Shown here piece after piece: positions 1 to 9,275 of a stretch of DNA of 64,000 bases (position 1 is its first letter; each line of letters opens with the position of its first letter). Position numbers and translations under genes: made by a program. Under the pieces are notes generated by a model. It was given only the letters and a program-made list of their open reading frames with translations, was not told where the DNA came from and ran no database searches. The DNA lies in NCBI GenBank assembly GCA_963756875.1, contig CAVWPA010000003.1, positions 768,001-832,000 on the forward strand, in the 5' to 3' direction. The DNA is from an uncultured Verrucomicrobiae bacterium. GTDB taxonomy: Bacteria > Verrucomicrobiota > Verrucomicrobiia > Chthoniobacterales > UBA10450.

Positions 1-813
1 GTAACGTCGATCCTTCGCGCTCCTGCCAACTGAGCGGACATGTGACGGAAAAGCTCTTCAAAATGCCGCGCCAGCGCTGGAGCGCGCTCCGGATCACGCA
101 GTTTATAAATGATCATGGAGGCGGCGAAGGGCCGGTGCAGCAAACTTTGCGCGACTTTGACGTGTGAATAGACGTCGGGTGGAATCGATCGATCCGACGC
201 CGCTAGCGGGCAATCGCGGCGACTGTGAAGCGCCAATATTCTCCCGTCGGGAGAGAGCAGTTGAACCGTCTCTCCAACGCCGACATCCAGATGATCGGCC
301 AGTTGTTCGCCAACAATCACGGCATTTGGGTTGTTTCGAAAGTCGTCATAATTTCCGTCGACCAGTTCCTGGCCGAGATCGCTCGTTTGCAGCTGCAAGG
401 CCGGGTTAATTCCAAAAAGATCGACCGTTGCGTTTTCAAAACCGGCGCGTGCGCTGACTGTTCCGCGGAGAACCGGCGAGCAAGCAAACCACGTTGGAAA
501 ACTGACGGCTCACGCGCATGATCTCGCTAGCATCGTCGATCCCCTCGAAATAAAGACGATGCGCGGCGGCCGGGTTGCGATTCTTGGCCGGCCACGACAG
601 ATCGCTATAGCGAGGACGGAATCGGCTCGCGCATGACCATGGCGCCGTTGCTTCCAATCGTCGAATTGATGAAATGCTTGCGCAAAGCCCTGCGTTTGCG
701 CCTGAGTGCAGATAAAAATGGCGACCCCGAAAACGACGCCGCTGAGACTGAGAAGAAACGCACGCTTGCGATGCGTAAGAAATCGCAAGCGCAATATAGA
801 GCGACGGAGTCAC
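1..813 (-). CDS. ABC transporter permease, FtsX/LolC-E/MacB family; partial at the window edge, multiple frameshifts
   Basis: Joining minus-strand frames gives MTPSLYIAL/RFLTHRKRAFLLSLSGVVFGVAIFICTQAQTQGF...AVIVGEQLADHLDVGVGETVQLLSP, the typical LolC/E N-terminal helix plus periplasmic core. The GTG start (811-813) overlaps the upstream TGA. Confidence 0.75.
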
Positions 814-1962
814 TTTGTAGGTTTCGAGGTGGCCACACGACGTTGACGCGCCGGCTGCCCCGGCCGCAGACGATCCTGATCTGCCACAACGACACGATCG
901 CCTCGGCGAAAGCCCACTGAGGATTTCCGTGAAATCGAGCGTGCGGAATCCAATTTTCACCGTGCGCTTTTGCACGATGCCGTGCTTGATAATCAGCGCC
1001 TGATCCACAAGCAATGCCCGCGTTGGCACCAGGATGGCATTTTCATGTGTGCCGGTAATAATGTTCATTTCTCCTGTCATGCCTGCCATCAAGATTGTCG
1101 GGCGGCTTTTCCAGTTTGCAGGATGATCGTGTAGCGCTGCGTTTCCGGATCCGCCGCCGGTTGAACGGAGGAGACCGTGCGATGAAACTCTGGGTGCGAT
1201 AGGCGTAGAGTTGCACCTTTGCCTTCATTCCCGGCTTTACTTCGCCCACATCTTCTTCGTTTACTTCTCCGCGAACGTAGTTTTTGCGCGACGAAACGGT
1301 GAAGAGGTGGTTGCCTTGCCGACGAATTCGCCATTGATGGTCTGCACCGCGGTGAGGAGACCGTCCATCGGCGCCCGAATCTCCGAGTTCTTCATTTGCG
1401 CCTCCAGTTTTTTGCAGTTTGCGTCCAGGGCTTCAAGATTCCGGTCGCGCTCGATTCGTTCATTTTCAACCGCGCCGTGTAACCGATTGACTTCGCTCTT
1501 CGCTTTTTCGTACTCGACCGCCGGCACATTGCTCAGCGCGGCGAGTTTCTCCAGGCGCTGTAAATTATCCTCCGCCGCTTTGAGCGGCTCGTCCGAAGGA
1601 AGCGGGAGTTTGGCGCGCTCCATCGCCGCCTCAAGGTCCGTTCGCGCCTGCTTCAGTTGTCGCGCGGTCGCCTCGTCGGCGATCACGGCCAGCAACTGGC
1701 CCTTGGTCACGCTTTGCCCAATGGCGCCGCGTCCGGCAGAAAAAGCGTCCGCCAAACGGATAAATCCGGAATTCTGCGCGCGTACATGCACCACAAAAGT
1801 CGGTTCGATCCGCACTGTTCCGTAAACTGCCTCGATGGCCGTGCCCCGGCGCACGGGTGCGACTTCCGCCACCGGCAGCATGAAATAATACGCCAGGAAG
1901 AAAATCAGGGCGAGTAACGCGGCACCGCCCCATAAAACTGTCTTTGATTGCGGCAACTTCAA
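810..1962 (-). CDS. Efflux RND/MacA-type periplasmic adaptor (membrane fusion protein), frameshifted
   Basis: N-terminal anchor, a coiled-coil hairpin, then EIRAPMDGLLT; later fragments in other frames read VKPGMKAKVQLYAY, GMTGEMNIITGTHENAILVPTRAL and VQKRTVKIGFRTLDFTEILSGL. Several indels between about 900 and 1310. Confidence 0.8.
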
Positions 1963-1971
1963 CTGCTGGAA

Positions 1972-3309
1972 CTAATGCACGTTTTGCGGGGTGTCGTCGG
2001 AAAATTGAAAATAGCGGCCGGTGGCCCGGTCCCATTCCGCTAGTAAGACATCGTGTTCGTAGGAAGCGTTCAGAAGACCGCTCTTGATTTTGAGCAAGCC
2101 GGTCTCGGCCACCCGATACTCGAGCTCCGACAGAACGCCCGCAGCAAGATTTTGCTGCACCGTGGAAGCGTTTTGTTCCGCGGCGGCCAGTGCCGCGCTG
2201 AGCGACGCTTCCCGCTGCTGGACGGCTTCCAGATTATTATGAATACGGGAGAGCTCGTTGCCGACATTGGCTTCCAGCTTTTTGCAAGTGACCTCGTTTA
2301 TCTCCCGTGCTTTGCGTTGCCTGATCACTGCTCCTGTCACTTTGCCGTTATCGATCACCTGCCAGGTATATTCCGCACCCTCTCGAATTTCCGATGAGAT
2401 AAAATCCTGGTTCCGGCTGGTGGAACCTTCGCGATGAATCCCGGAAACGGGGAGATAATCGCCCGTCACGGTCCCGGTAGCGACAGGGTAGTATCCGGCC
2501 TCGATGATCCGCTGGTCTTCGTTGGCGGCGCGGACAAGTAGTCGGGCGAGCTTGATATCCGCCCGCCGCTTCAGCGCCCCTGCCGTTTCCGCGCGAACAT
2601 CGAAGGCCACCGGCCCAAATTGCAGGTCCCCTTGGGGTTCGGGCAAAGTGGATTCCGGTCCGAGGTCGCTGCCCATCGCCTCTGCCAACTTTAGCTGCGC
2701 CCCGGCGTAACCTCGTTGCGCGCCTCCGATTTGCGAATCCAGTTCGCGAGCTTGCACTGTGGCACCTGTGGCCACGCTGCGGTCGACCAAGCCGGCTTCG
2801 TAACGGCTGTTTTGAGTAGCGGCATTCTCATCGAGACGATGTCGCTGCTCTTCGCGAATGGATTGCAGCCTGCGGTTGTAAAGCGCCATGTAAAATGCCA
2901 GTCGCGTGGCGTGCAGTTGTTCCACGACTGCCACGTTCAACTGTTGCTCCGCGATTAAAACGTCGACATTCCCGAGGCGGACCGATGCCGGAATCGCAGC
3001 GTTAAACAAGGCCTGAGTAAGGGAGCCGCGCGCGAAAGCGAACGCTTTGAACGAACTTTCTCCTGCTCGATGTCCTCCCTGAATGCCGGCCGGCACGCCA
3101 ACTTTTGCGCTTGGCCACACGATGGAGCGGAGGATGAGCCGCTCCCCGGATGCCTGTTCCAGGTTTGCTTTTGCCAGCTGGATGGCGGGATTTTTTTCCA
3201 GTGTCGTTTGCAACACTTGTTCCAATGTCACCGCGCTCGCTGCGGCCAGCATCGAGAGCAAGCAACCGACAGCGACCGCGGTTGTGTAACGACATGAATT
3301 ATTCATCAC
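1972..3309 (-). CDS. TolC-family outer membrane efflux protein
   Basis: Signal peptide, VTLEQVLQTTLEKNPAIQLAKANLEQA and two OEP repeats (RYEAGLVDR; NLAAGVLSELE). Confidence 0.85.
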   Translation of the reverse strand: MMNNSCRYTTAVAVGCLLSMLAAASAVTLEQVLQTTLEKNPAIQLAKANLEQASGERLILRSIVWPSAKVGVPAGIQGGHRAGESSFKAFAFARGSLTQALFNAAIPASVRLGNVDVLIAEQQLNVAVVEQLHATRLAFYMALYNRRLQSIREEQRHRLDENAATQNSRYEAGLVDRSVATGATVQARELDSQIGGAQRGYAGAQLKLAEAMGSDLGPESTLPEPQGDLQFGPVAFDVRAETAGALKRRADIKLARLLVRAANEDQRIIEAGYYPVATGTVTGDYLPVSGIHREGSTSRNQDFISSEIREGAEYTWQVIDNGKVTGAVIRQRKAREINEVTCKKLEANVGNELSRIHNNLEAVQQREASLSAALAAAEQNASTVQQNLAAGVLSELEYRVAETGLLKIKSGLLNASYEHDVLLAEWDRATGRYFQFSDDTPQNVH

Positions 3310-4736
3310 TGGTTCAATTTTTTAGGCGGACGAGCCACGGCAAGCGCCTGCGCCGCATCGCGATCCTGGCGCGTTTTTTTCGCGTTTGATGGTTCAAAGT
3401 CGAGAGCGTCGGGACTGGTCGCGCACGCATGGGCGAGCCGCGCCAGTGCAATATTGTTTAAATAGATTGCGCTGAGTCGCGTCGTACGGGTTCTGGTGAC
3501 GTCCGAAGCGGCTTGCAAAACATCGAGCTGCGTTCCCAATCCCGCGGCCAGGTTTGCTTTCGCGATTTCCAGGGATTGGTCGGCCGTCGCCACATTTTTC
3601 GTTTCCGATTCGAGAACACGCCCGGCCTGTTGCAGATCGAGAAACGCGCTGCGCACCTCCGACGCGACCGCAAGCCGTGTGGCCCTCAGCATTTGCACCG
3701 CAGCTTCCCGCCGGGCCCGTGTCGCCTGCATGCGCCCTTTCGTGGCAAACCCGTCGAAAAGGTGCCAGGTCGCGTTGACGCCGACGAGATACCCATGATT
3801 GAATTCGGGACCGACCGCGGGATCCCGCTCGCTGTAGACTTCGTAGCCTGAGAAAAGCTGCACGTGCGGACGGAGTTCGCTGCGGTCCACGGTGTATTGT
3901 TGGTCCTCGATCTCAATATCTTTCTCCCGGGCCTTAATTTCGGGCCGTTCCGTGTCGGCGCGCGCCAGGCATTCATTCAAGTCAGGGTGCCCTCCTTCGT
4001 ATTGTAATTGGCCGGCTACTTCAAAGCGCGGTTGGTCCGATTCGGAGCGGAAATCGATTCCGAAAAGTTCGCCTAACCGCAGATACGAATTCTTCAACTG
4101 CGTCTGCGCGTTAACCAGTTCCGGTCTTTCATTGGCGAGCGCGACTTCGGCCCGTTGCACGTTCAACGTCCCCACGATGCCGGCCTGCAACCTCTGCTGT
4201 TGCGTCTTGAGCTCCTCTTCCAGGACGCCCACGGAATCCTGGCGCACGTGTACCTTTGCTCGATTCAGCAGAAGGTCGTAAAACCCGATCCGAACGTCCA
4301 TGGCCACGCGGTTTTTGATTTCTTCCAGCTCGTCGCTCTGTTTCTCGATATTGAGTTCGGCGATTGCCATCTGGCTGGAAACTGCGCCGCCGGTGTAAAC
4401 ATTTTCCAAGGCGCGCACCGAAGCGTTATAGTCTTCGTTTCTGAGACTGGTCTGAGTTTGGGTCTGTCTCTTGTCGGCAAAGCCGGTCGAAACGACCGAT
4501 GGCAGAAAACCGGAGCGCGCTTCGATCAAACCACCGCGCGCCGCTTCAAGTTTTTTGCGGGCGATAACGATCTCCGGGTTCTGCTCTTCCGCCAGAGAAA
4601 CACCCTGGTCGATACTGTAAGTGGTGGCCTCTCCGCTGGCTGCAGGGAGCCAGGAAATGGCCGCGAGCAAGCCAGCGGCAACGTAGGGCCCCCACCGGCC
4701 CCGTCTTATCCCCCATACGGAGCGTTCCTTATGCAC
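3306..4736 (-). CDS. TolC-family outer membrane efflux protein
   Basis: Signal peptide, QNPEIVIARKKLEAARG, RLQAGIVGTLNVQRAEV, WHLFDGFATKG and NLAAGLGTQLDVLQA. ATGA overlap with the next TolC gene. Confidence 0.9.
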   Translation of the reverse strand: MHKERSVWGIRRGRWGPYVAAGLLAAISWLPAASGEATTYSIDQGVSLAEEQNPEIVIARKKLEAARGGLIEARSGFLPSVVSTGFADKRQTQTQTSLRNEDYNASVRALENVYTGGAVSSQMAIAELNIEKQSDELEEIKNRVAMDVRIGFYDLLLNRAKVHVRQDSVGVLEEELKTQQQRLQAGIVGTLNVQRAEVALANERPELVNAQTQLKNSYLRLGELFGIDFRSESDQPRFEVAGQLQYEGGHPDLNECLARADTERPEIKAREKDIEIEDQQYTVDRSELRPHVQLFSGYEVYSERDPAVGPEFNHGYLVGVNATWHLFDGFATKGRMQATRARREAAVQMLRATRLAVASEVRSAFLDLQQAGRVLESETKNVATADQSLEIAKANLAAGLGTQLDVLQAASDVTRTRTTRLSAIYLNNIALARLAHACATSPDALDFEPSNAKKTRQDRDAAQALAVARPPKKLNQ

Positions 4737-4921
4737 AGAAATCGGTTTTGATTAAATTGTCTTGCATCGTAGCCTCAGCTACGTCACTTTCCACGCTCAA
4801 ATCGATGGGTTTCCCCAACCGGGCGGAGCCTAACATTTTACTTGGTAACCACATTTCCATAACTAATACTTTTTGCATCTTGCCCGAAGCTCATGGCTGT
4901 GGGTAGGATTTCTTTTTCCCA

Positions 4922-6025
4922 ATGAGAAAGATCAGAATCGCCATTGTCGGGGTGGGCAACTGTGCCAGTTCGCTCGTCCAAGGAATAAACTTCTATCGCG
5001 GCTCCTCCGTCAATGGCACTTCTGTCGGACTGATGCATCGCCAGATCGGCCCCTATCGACCGGGCGACATCGAGGTGGTCGCAGCATTTGACATCGATCG
5101 CCGGAAAGTCGGCCTCGACGTCAGCCGGGCCATCTTTGCGCCGCCCAATTGCACGAAAATCTTCTGTGAAAAGGTCAATCTCACGGGGTCCATCGTGAAA
5201 ATGGGTTGCGTATTCGATAGCTTCGCCCCGCATATGGCCGAGCAGGACCCGCTGCGGACCTTCCTGCCGCTGGAAAAGGAGTCCACCCGGGAGCAGATCA
5301 TCGCGGAGCTGAAAGATTCGTGCACTGAGATCATGGTCAATTACCTCCCCGTCGGCTCCGAGGAAGCGACGCGGTTTTACGCCAGCTGCGCGCTCGAGGC
5401 TGGGGTAGCCTTCGTGAATAATATGCCTGTCTTTATTGCGAGCGACCCGGTTTGGGCAAAACGCTTCGCCGATAAAAATTTGCCGGTTGTTGGGGACGAT
5501 ATCAAGGCACAACTCGGCGCGACCGTTCTGCATCGCACCATTGTCGATCTGTTCCGCAAGCGCGGCGTCAAAGTCGAGCGTACCTACCAATTAAATACCG
5601 GCGGAAACACCGATTTTCTGAACATGCTCAGTCGCACGCGGCTGAGTTCCAAAAAAACGTCCAAGACCGAAGCCGTTCAATCGGTCATGGGTGAGCGGCT
5701 TGCCGATGAAAACATTCATATTGGCCCGAGCGACTATGTCCCTTGGCAGCTCGATAACAAGATTGCCTTCATTCGGGTCGAGGGCCGCCTTTTTGGCAAC
5801 GTTCCGATGGAGCTCGACCTCAAGCTTTCGGTCGAAGATTCGCCGAACTCCGCAGGCATTGCCATCGACGCCATCCGCTGCTGCAAGCTGGCGCTCGATC
5901 GCGGGATCGGCGGCGCGTTGCATTCGCCATCCGCTTATTTCGCCAAGCATCCGCCCGTGCAGATGACCGACGACGAGGCCTATCGCTGCGTCGAACAGTT
6001 CATCCGCGGGGACCGCGAAAGCTAA
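4922..6025 (+). CDS. ino1: myo-inositol-1-phosphate synthase
   Basis: IAIVGVGNCASSLVQG, NYLPVGSEEA, GDDIKAQLGAT, YQLNTGGNTDFLNM and EDSPNSAG motifs. Confidence 0.95.
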   Translation: MRKIRIAIVGVGNCASSLVQGINFYRGSSVNGTSVGLMHRQIGPYRPGDIEVVAAFDIDRRKVGLDVSRAIFAPPNCTKIFCEKVNLTGSIVKMGCVFDSFAPHMAEQDPLRTFLPLEKESTREQIIAELKDSCTEIMVNYLPVGSEEATRFYASCALEAGVAFVNNMPVFIASDPVWAKRFADKNLPVVGDDIKAQLGATVLHRTIVDLFRKRGVKVERTYQLNTGGNTDFLNMLSRTRLSSKKTSKTEAVQSVMGERLADENIHIGPSDYVPWQLDNKIAFIRVEGRLFGNVPMELDLKLSVEDSPNSAGIAIDAIRCCKLALDRGIGGALHSPSAYFAKHPPVQMTDDEAYRCVEQFIRGDRES

Positions 6026-6053
6026 GAAGCCGACTCCTGTTTTTGAGATGGCT

Positions 6054-9000
6054 TCAAAGCCCCGGTAATTCCAACTGCGCACGTGGTCCGTCCGGTTGGC
6101 GGTCGAGATCTGGCGCAACTACTGTGTCGAACTCGTTAGCCGCCAATTTTTCCAGGCGCGCCCACTCCTGCGCCAGTTCATCGGTTTCGTAACGAACAAG
6201 CGCGCCGGCGGCAGTCGAATAGATCGCTGCGGTGACATCCATTTTGGTTATCTCGCCGATCGCTTTCCAATAGGCAGTCAGCTGCGGAAGATAGTAGGCG
6301 CGCAACTTCTCGATTCGGTCCGCCGTGATATCGTTTGTTTTCCAATCGAGGAGCGACCACTTCTTTTTCGCCGGATCGAACAGAGCAAAATCGATAACGC
6401 CTTCCAGGCATCGACGATCGTTTGTTGCCCAGAGAAAGGGCATTTCCACACGCACGATCACAGCGGCGTCGCGAAGATCCGGGCCGAGATCGGCCAGGTT
6501 CGGAATCCTGCCTCGAAACACCTCCCATTCTTTAATTGACCGGTTTTTGTCGGGCGAACGCGGATGCGCATCCTGGAAAACTTTATCCCAGGCGGCCGGA
6601 TCGGCCTTCCAGGGAACCTGCTGAACGAACTCGTGCCACCAAATGCCGTACTGTGTCGCGACGCTCGGCACGGTGGCCGCGCGGAATTCGCGCTCCGTCT
6701 CTTTCCATTTGTCAGCGCCGGTGCTTTCGATTTCCTGCGTCGCGGGTATCAGGCTGCTGGGCAGGAATTTCCGGGGAAACTTTTGGGCCCGCTCCCGCGC
6801 TCTCGGCAGCAGGGCTTCAGTCAGCGGAGCGAATTTCTCCGGCTTCGTATCGGCTTGCGCTTTGGCGGATTGATGGGTGCGCGTTTTAGCACAACCGACT
6901 GCGTTCGCCTCCAATTCATCAACGTGCGGTTCATTCGGCTGCGTCTGATCCGCCCGAAACCATTTGGTTAGTGAAGTTCTGGATACCGTCCCGTCGGCCT
7001 TCGCAAAGAGTTCACGGTCGGCCGCAACGACGAGTGTGTGTCGCGCCCGAGTGAGCGCGACATAAAGCAATCGTTCCATTTCCTGGCCTTGGGCCTTTTT
7101 GAGTACGTCTTTTTTCTCTTTCGGAACGTCACCTTTGCTGAATGCGACCGTCACTTCGCAATCGTGGCCGGCGGTGACAATGCGAGGGAAATCATCTTCA
7201 TCGGTATGGATGCGGCGCGAGAAAAACGGCACGATCACAGCGTCCCACTCGAGACCTTTCGCTTTTTGGCAGGTAATCAATTGAATCGCGTCCGCGCGCG
7301 GCGTCCTCGCCTCACGTTCTGTCGCAAAATTCGCGCGCAGCAGCTCTGAAAACTCCTCCAACGTTGCGCCTTCCGCTTCGGCCATGGCGGCCGATTCCAG
7401 CAGAACGTCGAGTTCCGCGTCGAGATCGTCGAAATCTTCCCGGGGAAGTTTTCGAAGCCGTTCCCTCAGAAAGGTTGCATCGAGCATGCGACGCACTGCG
7501 GTGAAAAGCGGCTTGTCCGCAATCTCGGCGTGGACACGGGCAAGCAAATCAACAGTCGTTGAAACGATGTCGTGCTTACCGGTTGGCGTTTCGATTTGGA
7601 AGCGGTCGCCGTCTCCATCGGCAAACAATGCCAGATCGTGATCGGAGATGCCAAAAACCTCGCGAAGCACGCCTGCGATTTCGAAGCCGCAGCGCGGCTG
7701 CGTCAGGATGGTTAGCAGCGCGGTGAACCACGCATGCGCCGGGCTATCTCCCATAACGTCCGTTTCCGATTGGATCTGGGAATCAATGGCGACCAAACGG
7801 AGCGCGTCCGCGATCGGCGCAAACCATTTTTTTCGCGGGCACAAAATAGCAACATGTTCCCACGACCTTGCGCGCAGGTTTTCGCAGCCGGTTTGGACAA
7901 TCCAGCGCGCCAGCTGGGCTGCCTCCGCTCTTGCCTTGTCGTTTTCGGGAGCTTTGATCTCCAGCTGCTCCGACGTGATGTCGAGTCGGATCACCTGACC
8001 CGGGAGTGCTTCCGGCCGCGGGTTGAGGTCGATGAAATCGACCTGACCCTCGCCACCGTTGAGAATCCCGCGAAAAGTCCTGTTTACGAAGCCGAGTTGC
8101 TCGCGATCGAGCCGGAACGTGACCGAAAATTTCAATTCCTCGCCAGCGCCGCTCGTTATCAGCGCGTTGTGAATCCGGCGATATTGGTTCAAATCGGCGC
8201 GATCGCCGTAGATCGATTGCTGAAAATCCCCAACCATGCAGAACCTTCCGGGACGCGGCGGCCCTTGAAGATTCTCCAGCCATCGTTGCGGCGCGTCAGG
8301 AGGGCGGGTGATTTCGAGCAGGATTTCAAACTGCTGGGGGTCGGTGTCCTGTGCCTCGTCGAGAATAACGATGTAGTCCTTGGCGCGGATGCGTGAAGCG
8401 GCCGCGCGACTCCGGGTGAGTTCGAGAGCGAGGACGATCTGATCGTCGAAAGTGACAACGCCACGCTCGGCGCGAAACTGTCGATAGCCGGCCTGGATCT
8501 CGGCCGCGACGGTCATGGCGCAGCAACTGAGCCATTCATTAAACTCGCGGAATGTTTCTTCCCACTTCTCGGCAAACTTTCCTTCCACGGTGCATTCCAT
8601 GAGCGGGAGAAAGTCCGCGCCTCGGTTGAGTCGCTTCTCCCAAGCCAGCAATGCGTCCTGCAACGCCTGGACCCGGGTCGCGTTTTTTGGAGCAACATGA
8701 TCATGCAACAGCGAAAGATCGATGTTCTTTGGGTAATCGATTTCGTGCCGCTCGAGCGAAAGCGGCAATTTGCCCCGCCGGCCCAGCTCCATCAGATCGC
8801 GCAACTGCACGTGGCGGAACAACGCCTTGCGATTCCCGGGTGAAAGCGAATGACCGAGCGAATGGGTGCGCTGGACGAAATCGTTCCACAATTCTTCATC
8901 GTCAGTGATTAACTCCAGCCGCGCCGGCAGACCGAGATGATGGCCGTGCGCGGCCAGAAGCTTCATGCAAAAACTGTGGATGGTGCCGAAAAATGCTCGA

Positions 9001-9275
9001 TTGAACGCAGCCAGTACGTCCGGCGAAACGTTGCTCTCAAAAATGCGCTGACGAGCGCGTTGCTGCATTTCGTCCGCCGCGCGATTAGTGAACGTCACGA
9101 CGACCAGCCGGGGAAACCATTCAACGGCGCGCTGTGGATCTTCTGCGATTTGCGCGATCCGGTCGGTAATCGCGGTGGTTTTGCCGGCGCCGGCTGCCGC
9201 GATAACGGAGAAATTCTTATCCAGCTCCTTCGCGAACCGGTCGCGTTGGGTCTGGTCTTGTGGCGCGGTTTTCAT
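6054..9275 (-). CDS. addA: AddA-like UvrD helicase with C-terminal PD-(D/E)XK nuclease
   Basis: Walker A AAAGAGKT, VTFTNRAADEM, GTIHSFC, LDEAQDT, VGDFQQSIY, KAKGLEW and RLLYVALTRAR; nuclease EGVIDF...LDWKT. ATG at 9275 overlaps the partner's stop. Confidence 0.85.
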   Translation of the reverse strand: MKTAPQDQTQRDRFAKELDKNFSVIAAAGAGKTTAITDRIAQIAEDPQRAVEWFPRLVVVTFTNRAADEMQQRARQRIFESNVSPDVLAAFNRAFFGTIHSFCMKLLAAHGHHLGLPARLELITDDEELWNDFVQRTHSLGHSLSPGNRKALFRHVQLRDLMELGRRGKLPLSLERHEIDYPKNIDLSLLHDHVAPKNATRVQALQDALLAWEKRLNRGADFLPLMECTVEGKFAEKWEETFREFNEWLSCCAMTVAAEIQAGYRQFRAERGVVTFDDQIVLALELTRSRAAASRIRAKDYIVILDEAQDTDPQQFEILLEITRPPDAPQRWLENLQGPPRPGRFCMVGDFQQSIYGDRADLNQYRRIHNALITSGAGEELKFSVTFRLDREQLGFVNRTFRGILNGGEGQVDFIDLNPRPEALPGQVIRLDITSEQLEIKAPENDKARAEAAQLARWIVQTGCENLRARSWEHVAILCPRKKWFAPIADALRLVAIDSQIQSETDVMGDSPAHAWFTALLTILTQPRCGFEIAGVLREVFGISDHDLALFADGDGDRFQIETPTGKHDIVSTTVDLLARVHAEIADKPLFTAVRRMLDATFLRERLRKLPREDFDDLDAELDVLLESAAMAEAEGATLEEFSELLRANFATEREARTPRADAIQLITCQKAKGLEWDAVIVPFFSRRIHTDEDDFPRIVTAGHDCEVTVAFSKGDVPKEKKDVLKKAQGQEMERLLYVALTRARHTLVVAADRELFAKADGTVSRTSLTKWFRADQTQPNEPHVDELEANAVGCAKTRTHQSAKAQADTKPEKFAPLTEALLPRARERAQKFPRKFLPSSLIPATQEIESTGADKWKETEREFRAATVPSVATQYGIWWHEFVQQVPWKADPAAWDKVFQDAHPRSPDKNRSIKEWEVFRGRIPNLADLGPDLRDAAVIVRVEMPFLWATNDRRCLEGVIDFALFDPAKKKWSLLDWKTNDITADRIEKLRAYYLPQLTAYWKAIGEITKMDVTAAIYSTAAGALVRYETDELAQEWARLEKLAANEFDTVVAPDLDRQPDGPRAQLELPGL

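Noticed and set aside
1..1320. Pseudogenisation or programmed frameshifting of the adaptor and ABC permease
   Set aside because: Many single-base indels are clustered at the window edge while the protein motifs remain intact. This is more consistent with low-coverage long-read error, though it cannot be proven without reads.
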